Positions 39,101-47,208 of a stretch of 64,000 bases of DNA are shown here, one piece after another. The DNA is from Candidatus Heimdallarchaeum aukensis (GTDB taxonomy: Archaea > Asgardarchaeota > Heimdallarchaeia > Heimdallarchaeales > Heimdallarchaeaceae): positions 1,824,001 through 1,888,000 of the forward strand of contig CP084166.1 in assembly GCA_021513695.1 (NCBI GenBank), written 5' to 3'. The notes beneath the pieces are model-generated. The model was not told the DNA's origin and ran no database searches. It saw only the letters and a program-made list of their open reading frames with translations. Both the position numbers and the translations under genes were made by a program. The stretch's first letter is position 1; every line of letters begins with the position of its first letter.

Positions 39101-40564
39101 TTAGAAATTTATAATATTAATAATTTCTTTTCCTTCTTCCAACATCTGTTTGCATTTGTCCACAAGTAAAAATACTTCCTCTTTAAATGAATTTGAGATT
39201 ATTCCTTTTTCAGCTAAATCATTTATAATTTCTGTGTCTTGAACCTCAATTTTATCTGCTTTCTTTATTAAAGAAACACCTAGATCAATATAACGGATAT
39301 ATCCTTCATTATATAGCTCTACTGGAGTTACAATTTTTATGTATTCACCCATTAATTTTTCTTTTCTGTAAACTTTAGTGTGAACAGTCCAACACCCTTC
39401 TTTGATATATGTAACCACATTGTCTCCACTATTAATTGGTTCGTCGATTGCGAAGTGAGACCCTCTTGAAGCTCGGAAACTCCGTTTTATAACCATTGTA
39501 TCATCGTCCCAGTTTAACTGTCCTAGTATTCTATCTAACGGAGATGCAATCAAGCTATATGATTGCTCTTTGATTAATGCATTTTCAGAGAAATCTTTCT
39601 CTAAAATAACCTCCTTAAGTATTCTAGATAATTTATCAGGATCAATATCCTGGGATATTCTTTCTGCGAAAGTAGTTGCTATCTTCAAATTTTCAGAATA
39701 TGACATAAACCAATGATATAAAGGAAATGTTGGAGCAATTATACTTCTTATCTCATCTAGCTTTTGCTTTGCGCCTTGAACAAATAATATGTGAGCCACA
39801 GTTTGACCTGGTTGTAATATTCCAGGTCCATAGGAGGAACCAGAAATTAACAGGTCTAACTCTTCAGATTTCTGGATTAACTTCTGTATCTCAGAGGTCA
39901 AATCCTTATCGCTAATTGATGCTGCACTAGTTCGCATAATTAGCCCATGGCCATGAGGTCTAAGTTTTTTTCCACGCTCAAACAGATTGTCTCTATCATC
40001 TTTTGATAATTTTCTCGAAACTCTAACAAAGCGTGCATCTCGCTCTAGAATAACATGCTGTCCTGGAAAATGAATAATATCTGAACATAAAGGCAGCTGA
40101 TCCCCTAGAACATTCAATTCATTTACTTGAACAACAACTTTTTGCCCTTTTTTATAATTTGCATTAAATAAAATTGCATTTATTTTTTCTCCGATGTCTA
40201 CAATTGAAAGATTTTTCTCGAAATTCACATGTACTATCTCTCCATTGTATATAGCATGTAGTTGTACTGGATGAAGTAAAACGATGGAATTAGGTATTTT
40301 ATCAAAAATGTTTGAAATAATTTCTTCAACATACTCTTCATCACCTTCAATTTTTATCCCGTAACCGCCTAGAATATCAGTTATATCTATGTCGTGGGCA
40401 TTTAGATTCTCACTTATTCCAAAAATTTTACTTTGTTCAGTACTCGGTTGTACCAATTTATATCCTAAATCATCTGATAATAATTTTATAATTGGAACAT
40501 CATAAATACTTCTAACACGAAAAGTTGGTACCATTAAATCACCACTTAAATTTTCTAACGACAC
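39101..40564 (-). CDS. RNase E/G-family protein (archaeal FAU-1-like)
   Basis: GLIMRTSAAS matches the RNase E/G catalytic-domain G(L/I)I(I/V)RTA motif. 487 aa. Confidence 0.55.
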   Translation of the reverse strand: MSLENLSGDLMVPTFRVRSIYDVPIIKLLSDDLGYKLVQPSTEQSKIFGISENLNAHDIDITDILGGYGIKIEGDEEYVEEIISNIFDKIPNSIVLLHPVQLHAIYNGEIVHVNFEKNLSIVDIGEKINAILFNANYKKGQKVVVQVNELNVLGDQLPLCSDIIHFPGQHVILERDARFVRVSRKLSKDDRDNLFERGKKLRPHGHGLIMRTSAASISDKDLTSEIQKLIQKSEELDLLISGSSYGPGILQPGQTVAHILFVQGAKQKLDEIRSIIAPTFPLYHWFMSYSENLKIATTFAERISQDIDPDKLSRILKEVILEKDFSENALIKEQSYSLIASPLDRILGQLNWDDDTMVIKRSFRASRGSHFAIDEPINSGDNVVTYIKEGCWTVHTKVYRKEKLMGEYIKIVTPVELYNEGYIRYIDLGVSLIKKADKIEVQDTEIINDLAEKGIISNSFKEEVFLLVDKCKQMLEEGKEIINIINF

Positions 40565-40667
40565 AAACGATTAAGCATGTCCGAATAAAAGTTTATGCTT
40601 TTGAAACGAGTAGAAAACATTTGAGTCTTCTTGAAAGAAATAGAGGATTAAAGAGAAAGCCAAATAG

Positions 40668-40763
40668 TGGAGCCAGGACGGGGATTTGAACCCCGGAGGC
40701 ATAAGCCAGCGGTTATCTCTCTGATGTTTCGAGACCGCCTCCGTACCACTAGGATATCCTGGC
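40668..40763 (-). tRNA. Type-II tRNA, anticodon CGA (Ser-like), with a short 13-nt intron in the anticodon loop; discriminator U73 followed by CCA
   Basis: Hand fold: acceptor GCCAGGA/UCCUGGC, anticodon stem GCGGU/ACCGC enclosing 20 nt, variable arm UGGCUUAUGCCUC (GGC/GCC stem), T arm CGGGG-UUCAAAU-CCCCG. Confidence 0.5.
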
Positions 40764-40903
40764 AAAGGAAAAGTTCATTGTCTTGATTTTCATTGAAGTC
40801 AATATTTTAAGATTTCTACCTTGTTCACTTTTTAATTGATATAAGTACATTTGTGTTTCTTGATATTTTCGAACAAACAAAGATATGGTTAAAAAAAGAA
40901 AAG

Positions 40904-41518
40904 TTACAATCTAACGAAAGTTCTACTCTTGCATTCCGGACAACCATTTATTGTACATTTATCACAAAGAAAAATCCCACACTTGGAACATTTTTTTATT
41001 GCTTTATTTTTTCTACACTTGAAACATTTTTTAATCAGAAACCTTTTCCATAATTTATATATTAAATAAAGCAACACAAATGCTAATCCAAGTCCTAAAA
41101 TAACTTTAAGTATAATTAATAACACATTTCCAGCACTAGGTCCAGTATGATCAGGAGTCGCATCTAGTGTTATTCTTAAGATTTTTACATTTTTGTATTC
41201 AAAGTAGCTCACAGAGCCATTTGTTTGAGTTACATACCAAGAAATAGAGGATTTTGTTTCTCCTACCTTCATCCCTACTAGTTCACTAACAAAATTATAA
41301 TTTGTAATATCCTCGTCAATTGCTACTTCTAAAGGGTAGTCTTCACTATATACGGTTTTTAATTTGCCATCTATATATCGTTCACAAGCAACCTCTACAC
41401 GGTCGCCCCATTCTATCCCTAGTTTTTTGTCATAAGCATCTACAGGTATAGTTAAAGAAAGGAATAAACTAATAACAATAAGAAAAAATGCTAAGTTTTT
41501 AGCTCTAGCTCTACTCAT
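40904..41518 (-). CDS. Membrane protein: signal peptide, FKBP-like extracellular domain, TM helix, cytoplasmic C8 zinc-ribbon tail
   Basis: GDRVEVACERYIDGKLKTVYSEDYPLEVAIDED...LVGMKVGETKSSI resembles the FKBP PPIase signature. The tail is CFKCRKNKAIKKCSKCGIFLCDKCTINGCPECK. Confidence 0.5.
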   Translation of the reverse strand: MSRARAKNLAFFLIVISLFLSLTIPVDAYDKKLGIEWGDRVEVACERYIDGKLKTVYSEDYPLEVAIDEDITNYNFVSELVGMKVGETKSSISWYVTQTNGSVSYFEYKNVKILRITLDATPDHTGPSAGNVLLIILKVILGLGLAFVLLYLIYKLWKRFLIKKCFKCRKNKAIKKCSKCGIFLCDKCTINGCPECKSRTFVRL

Positions 41519-41562
41519 CGGTTTTCTGTTAGTGGTTTAGTTTAAAAGAATTTCTAAGAAGT

Positions 41563-42192
41563 CTATTTTTTAAATCGAACTAAGGTTCTTCCATTGCAAC
41601 TTGGACAACCATTTCGGAAACAGTGAATGCAATAACTTTGTCCACACTTACTACATTTGCCTATAGCCTTCTTATTACAAATAGAACATTTTTTGAAAAA
41701 CAATTTAGGATAAACTTTAAAGCCGCAATAAATTAAGACCAAAGACCCCCCGATACCAGATAAGACTATTATAAACTTAAGGAAGTTAAAGTTTCCAGAT
41801 GGAGAAGAAGTTGTTGAAGAAACACCTTCAACACCATAGATTTCAACATTCTGATAATGTAACAATTTACCAGCTAAATAACCATAGTCTGGGTCTGAAG
41901 CATCGAAACCTTCTTCTGGAGGAACATCAAAATTTCGTTTTTCACCAATTTTCATTCCAAGCATTCTGGTGTACAATCCAATAGGCTTAATGTTATTTTC
42001 ATTAAACAATATCTTTTTTGGTATAGAACTATCATAATATTCAATAGTCTTCCCATCAACAAGTAAGTGGTAACCAAATGATACTAAATCGTTATCCTGA
42101 ATTCCATTATCATAACTGTGTATTGGTGTAACAAAAATAACAGGTAAGAATAGAATAGTAAATATCAAGAGCTTATTCAGACATCTCATCAT
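41563..42192 (-). CDS. Paralogue of the preceding gene: FKBP-like ectodomain, TM helix, cytoplasmic zinc-ribbon tail
   Basis: LLVDGKTIEYYDSSIPKKILF...LGMKIGEKRNFDVPPEEGF; tail CSICNKKAIGKCSKCGQSYCIHCFRNGCPSCNGR. Confidence 0.5.
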   Translation of the reverse strand: MMRCLNKLLIFTILFLPVIFVTPIHSYDNGIQDNDLVSFGYHLLVDGKTIEYYDSSIPKKILFNENNIKPIGLYTRMLGMKIGEKRNFDVPPEEGFDASDPDYGYLAGKLLHYQNVEIYGVEGVSSTTSSPSGNFNFLKFIIVLSGIGGSLVLIYCGFKVYPKLFFKKCSICNKKAIGKCSKCGQSYCIHCFRNGCPSCNGRTLVRFKK

Positions 42193-42411
42193 TTTTCCAA
42201 AAATAAAATTAAATTAAAAAGATATCGAAAATAGTTCCCTACTAATAAAATTGTAACAATCAAATGGATTCAAATATTTCTTCTAAAAAGACACGATGCT
42301 TTAAGGAGACCTAAACAACAAGGTTTTTCAGTCAACAGAATACCCATCTAAAAAGGTCCTTATTGCTCTGACATAGATAATAACTTTTAAACATAAAAAA
42401 AGAAAAAGGAT

Positions 42412-44322
42412 TTATTTTTTAGAGAATAGGAAGGTTACAGCTCCGATTACGGACATAAGTATTAACCCACCACCAACCCAGACCCAAACAGGGATTGGAG
42501 GTTTGTATTCTATATTATTTTGGACTCTATTTCCACTAAAATTAGAAGTTTCGGCATCAAATGAAAGTGAATATAACCCCCCTTTCACTCCTTTCAATAG
42601 AATTTCACCGCCCCATCCAGCATATTTCTCTTCATTGAAAGTAAGATTATAGTAGTATGTTCCTTTCTCCCCACTCAATGTTACTGTTACAAAATCAGCT
42701 CCATTAGCATCATTAATCTCAGTTTGATTATAAAATATAATATCTAAGTCACTTATAAGAAGCGTTCTTCCGTCAAATGAAATTATTGGTTTATCCAATC
42801 TTAATTTGAAATGTTCTAAGGTTTCAACTAACACACTAGCTTGAGGACCCAAACCAAATGGATCACCATAAACAGTTGGATAATCCTCGTCAACATAAGC
42901 CAAGCAGAACAATATTTTCCTTACTTCTTTTTCTGGTTCAACATAAAATTGTTCTTTTGTTGTCTCATAAATTTCATAATCAATTAGTGTGTCATCTTTA
43001 GAAAAATACAAAGTTACAATGCCTAATCTTTTTTTATCTTTATTATTTATTCTAACATCCATAAACCGGTTAAGCAGATTTATTTCAAATGTGTAAAAAC
43101 CATAATATGGTACATCTATTGTAGAGGATATCTCTGTATAAGTTATTGTTACTGGTTCGATAGTGAATGTAATATCTGTAAATCCAAATGTTCCATTAGC
43201 AAGGTCGGGTCTATCTATTAATAAAGCTACATGCCAGTTGTAGAAAAAGTCGTTAAATGTTTCGCCTTTATCTTTTAATTCATCATTTATGGATTCTTGG
43301 ACAGGTCTAGTGTCATTAACAAATTTTCTGATTATATCAGGACCAAATTGCTCGTAAACATAAAAAACAAAAAGATAGGCTCCACCATAATCAATTCGTA
43401 CATCACGGTTTCCCTCAGAATAATAATTCCAATAAATTAAAGAATCATCTGAATGTTCTTTAAAGTAATTTTCACTCCAATAAGAAACTCCTTCATAACC
43501 ACCAGGCATTCTTCCAGTTATATACTCTGAAAATACTGCACATCCTTCATCGAACCAGCGCATTTCATCCTGATCATGGTTGTAATGAATTAAGTGTTGA
43601 AACTCATGTGCCAAGGTATCAGTGTAATCTGCGATACCACCAATAAATATCATTTCCCATTCATTAGATTTCAAATAGGAGTATCCTTGTGCATCTAGTT
43701 CCTCTTGTGTATGCTCATTAATTCCCCAGAAATACCCAGCATAATTTGAGGGAAGGTAAGTATGAAGAATGATTAATCTTCCATCACCTATGTTCCCCAA
43801 ATTACCCTCCATATCTCCAAAAAAATCATATTCTATAGGGTAGATTTTACTTTCGAATATACTTTTTTCGCTTGTTATTAGATTATTTACAGCATTTACC
43901 CCATATTCATTAATCATATCAATTTCTACAAAATAGTATGCATGCTCTGAAATGGCAACAACTTTGGCTTCTGCAATTCTAAAACTAATTGTATTTCCGC
44001 CTTCTTCTACGTAAAAACTTTTAGTATCTCCTACATTGAAAGATAGACTATAACTCGTAGTCTTTTTTACTTCTGAACGTGATATATGCTTAGTATTTTC
44101 AATGATTTCTTTTGGAACACTATGAGTAAGCACAATTTCATTTTGAGGAGAATCTTGAAAATAGTTTACTGTTTCAGCTTTAATTTTTGTATTCATTTCT
44201 TTTTCTGTATTAGAAGTATAACTAGAATCCGCAAACAACGAATTTGGTATAAAAAATTGTGATAGAATAATAATAACAAATATTTTAGTCAATAGTTTAT
44301 ATTTTTTAAAAACAGATGTCAT
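42412..44322 (-). CDS. Secreted/surface zinc metalloprotease (HExxH...E gluzincin-like) with C-terminal TM anchor
   Basis: N-terminal signal peptide, TLAHEFQHLIHYNHDQDEMRWFDEG (HExxH plus a downstream Glu), C-terminal hydrophobic anchor VWVWVGGGLILMSVIGAVTFLFSKK. Confidence 0.5.
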   Translation of the reverse strand: MTSVFKKYKLLTKIFVIIILSQFFIPNSLFADSSYTSNTEKEMNTKIKAETVNYFQDSPQNEIVLTHSVPKEIIENTKHISRSEVKKTTSYSLSFNVGDTKSFYVEEGGNTISFRIAEAKVVAISEHAYYFVEIDMINEYGVNAVNNLITSEKSIFESKIYPIEYDFFGDMEGNLGNIGDGRLIILHTYLPSNYAGYFWGINEHTQEELDAQGYSYLKSNEWEMIFIGGIADYTDTLAHEFQHLIHYNHDQDEMRWFDEGCAVFSEYITGRMPGGYEGVSYWSENYFKEHSDDSLIYWNYYSEGNRDVRIDYGGAYLFVFYVYEQFGPDIIRKFVNDTRPVQESINDELKDKGETFNDFFYNWHVALLIDRPDLANGTFGFTDITFTIEPVTITYTEISSTIDVPYYGFYTFEINLLNRFMDVRINNKDKKRLGIVTLYFSKDDTLIDYEIYETTKEQFYVEPEKEVRKILFCLAYVDEDYPTVYGDPFGLGPQASVLVETLEHFKLRLDKPIISFDGRTLLISDLDIIFYNQTEINDANGADFVTVTLSGEKGTYYYNLTFNEEKYAGWGGEILLKGVKGGLYSLSFDAETSNFSGNRVQNNIEYKPPIPVWVWVGGGLILMSVIGAVTFLFSKK

Positions 44323-44513
44323 TAAACTCTTTGCGCTATTATTATATATAAATTGTTACATATTTTAAGATTATTAGCGTGCAGATAATATTTTAGAGGA
44401 TAAATGGATATTTTTATTGGTTAAAAATCAAAAGCTTTTTATCAATTAGCAAATCAAGATAATTAAGGTTATTACACTAGTGTAAAGATTCAAAGTTTTT
44501 TTGGAGAATAGAA

Positions 44514-47204
44514 ATGTCGTCGGAAGGATATAAAATTATATCTGGTGTCCAATTTGGACTTTTAGATCCAGATACAATTCGCAAGTTGTCTGCAGAACGT
44601 ATTATTACCCCCGATACATATGACGCTGATGGTAGTCCTATTGATTCTGGATTGATGGATGGAAAATTAGGAACTATTGACCCAGGACAAAGATGTAAAA
44701 CATGTGGAGCTAGAATCGGAAGTTGTCCTGGTCACTTTGGCCACATTGAGTTATCTAGACCAGTAATACACGTAGGATTTAATAAATTAATATACAAAAT
44801 TTTACGAGCGTCTTGCCGTAATCCAGAGTGTCATAGAATTTTATTGGATCCAAGTGAAATCGCAGAAGCGAGAGAGAAACTTGCAGAATATAGAGAGCAA
44901 TGGGGAGAAGAAGATTACGAATTAATTGAGGAATTAATGAAACGTGCTGCTAAAAAAAATGTTTGCCCATATTGTGGAGAAAAACAGCATAAAATAAGAT
45001 TAGAAAAACCAACTACTTATTTTGAAGAAGTAGAGATAGAAAACGGGCAAAAGCAATTAAATAAATTAAGCCCTACAGATATTCATTCATGGTTTAAAGG
45101 TCTTAGTGATGAAGATTGTGAATTATTTGGAATAAATCCAAAATATGCGAGACCTGAATGGATGATTCTCGAAGTATTACCTGTTCCTCCTGTCAGCGTT
45201 AGACCTAGTATTACATTAGAAAATGGTATTCGTTCAGAGGATGACTTGACACACAAACTCGTTGATATAATTAGAATTAATCAAAGGCTCTTAGAGAATA
45301 GAGAAGCTGGTGCACCACAACTTATAGTTGAAGATTTATGGGAACTTCTACAATACCATGTTAGTACATACTTTGATAACGAAATTAGCGGTATTCCCCC
45401 TGCAAGACATAGAAGTGGGAGAGCACTAAGAACACTCACACAAAGATTAAAAGGAAAAGAAGGTAGATTTCGTTCAAATTTGAGTGGAAAACGTGTAGAT
45501 TTTTCCGCAAGAACCGTAATTAGTCCTGACCCATTATTATCAATAAATGAGGTTGGTGTTCCAAAAGATATAGCAGAAATACTTACAGTACCTCAAAGGG
45601 TAACAGAGTGGAACATCGAAGAAATGAAAGAACTAGTCCTTAAGGGGCCAAAATCATTTCCAGGAGCAAATTACATAATCCGCCCTGATGGTCGAAGAGT
45701 TGACCTTAGATACGCACGAAATTTACAAGCAGCAGCAGATAGTATAAAACCAGAGTTTATTATTGAACGCCACTTAAGAGACGGAGATATTGTCCTCTTT
45801 AATCGACAACCAAGCTTACACAGAATGAGTATTATGGCCCATGAAGTAAAAGTAGTTCCATATAAAACATTTAGATTAACTCTTCCAGTTTGTAGGCCTT
45901 ATAATGCTGATTTTGACGGAGACGAGATGAATCTTCACGTCCCTCAAAGTGAAGAAGCACAAGCAGAAGCGAGAATTTTAATGCGTGTTCAAGAACAAAT
46001 AAGTACTCCACGATATGGAGGACCAATCATTGGAGCAATCCAGGATTTCATTACAAGCGCATATTTCCTTACAAGAAAAGACGCGAAATACACCAGAAGT
46101 GAAGTATCACAACTTATAACGGCAGCAGGTTTAGAAAAACTTCCAAAACCAGATCTGAAAAGCGAAGACGGAAAAGATCTTTGGAGTGGAAAAGCATTAT
46201 TCAGTGCACTATTACCTGAAGATTTCAACTTCACAATGAAAAACAAACTTTGTGAGGAACACGAGACTTGTATGAAACAAAAATGTCCTAATGAAGCATA
46301 TATATTTATTAAAAATGGCCAGCTCAAATCAGGAATTATTGACAAAAAAGCTTTTGGTGCAGAAGTTCCAGATAGCGTCCTACACAGAATTCTGAAAGAA
46401 TATGGAGCAGATATTACTAGAAAGTTCTTAGATAATGTTACGAGGTTATTGATCACAAATATTACATTACGTGGATTTAGTATGAGTGCAAGCAATGTTG
46501 ACATTCCAGCAAAAGCAGAAAAACAAATAGAAAAAATACTAAAGAAAGCAAAGGAAGAAGTAAATAAACTAATAGAACAATACAAAAATGGAACCTTAGA
46601 AAGACAACCAGGACGTACTGAAGAAGAAACATTGGAAGCAAAAATAATGGAAACACTATCAAAGGCAAGAGATGATAGTTCAAAGGTCAGTTCACAATAT
46701 TTAGATCCAGATAATGAAGCTCTAATTATGGCTAAAACGGGTGCAAGAGGAAATATGCTAAACTTGGGACAAATGAGTGCATGTGTCGGACAGCAAGCAG
46801 TAAGAGGACAACGAATAGTAAGAGGGTACAGAAACAGAGTTTTACCTTTTTTCAAGAAGGATGATTTATCTGCTGAAGCTCATGGATTCGTTGATAGTAG
46901 CTTTAGAAAAGGATTAAACCCAATTGAATTCTTTATGCACGCCTGTGGAGGAAGAGAAGGTTTAGTAGATACTGCAGTAAGAACATCACAAAGTGGGTAC
47001 ATGCAAAGAAGGTTGGTAAACGCACTACAAGATATTTCATCTTGCTATGATAATACTGTCCGAAATGCTACCGGGGAAATTGTCCAATTTACCTATGGAG
47101 AAGATAATGTAGACCCTGCAAAAAGTGATCATGGAAAAGCTGTAAACGTTAAGTTGATTGTAAACAAAATTTTAGAGACTTTCAGCGAGGAAGGAGAAGA
47201 ATAA
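44514..47204 (+). CDS. rpoA1: DNA-directed RNA polymerase subunit A' (Rpo1N)
   Basis: Zinc-binding CKTCGARIGSCPGHFGH, catalytic NADFDGDEMNLH motif, 896 aa. Confidence 0.9.
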   Translation: MSSEGYKIISGVQFGLLDPDTIRKLSAERIITPDTYDADGSPIDSGLMDGKLGTIDPGQRCKTCGARIGSCPGHFGHIELSRPVIHVGFNKLIYKILRASCRNPECHRILLDPSEIAEAREKLAEYREQWGEEDYELIEELMKRAAKKNVCPYCGEKQHKIRLEKPTTYFEEVEIENGQKQLNKLSPTDIHSWFKGLSDEDCELFGINPKYARPEWMILEVLPVPPVSVRPSITLENGIRSEDDLTHKLVDIIRINQRLLENREAGAPQLIVEDLWELLQYHVSTYFDNEISGIPPARHRSGRALRTLTQRLKGKEGRFRSNLSGKRVDFSARTVISPDPLLSINEVGVPKDIAEILTVPQRVTEWNIEEMKELVLKGPKSFPGANYIIRPDGRRVDLRYARNLQAAADSIKPEFIIERHLRDGDIVLFNRQPSLHRMSIMAHEVKVVPYKTFRLTLPVCRPYNADFDGDEMNLHVPQSEEAQAEARILMRVQEQISTPRYGGPIIGAIQDFITSAYFLTRKDAKYTRSEVSQLITAAGLEKLPKPDLKSEDGKDLWSGKALFSALLPEDFNFTMKNKLCEEHETCMKQKCPNEAYIFIKNGQLKSGIIDKKAFGAEVPDSVLHRILKEYGADITRKFLDNVTRLLITNITLRGFSMSASNVDIPAKAEKQIEKILKKAKEEVNKLIEQYKNGTLERQPGRTEEETLEAKIMETLSKARDDSSKVSSQYLDPDNEALIMAKTGARGNMLNLGQMSACVGQQAVRGQRIVRGYRNRVLPFFKKDDLSAEAHGFVDSSFRKGLNPIEFFMHACGGREGLVDTAVRTSQSGYMQRRLVNALQDISSCYDNTVRNATGEIVQFTYGEDNVDPAKSDHGKAVNVKLIVNKILETFSEEGEE

Positions 47205-47208
47205 CGAG

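Noticed and set aside
45989-46855. 288-aa antisense ORF inside rpoA1, with similar long antisense ORFs inside atpA, rpoA2 and rpl4
   Set aside because: They are embedded in highly conserved genes on the opposite strand. Long antisense ORFs like this are common in AT-rich genomes, and these have no motifs.
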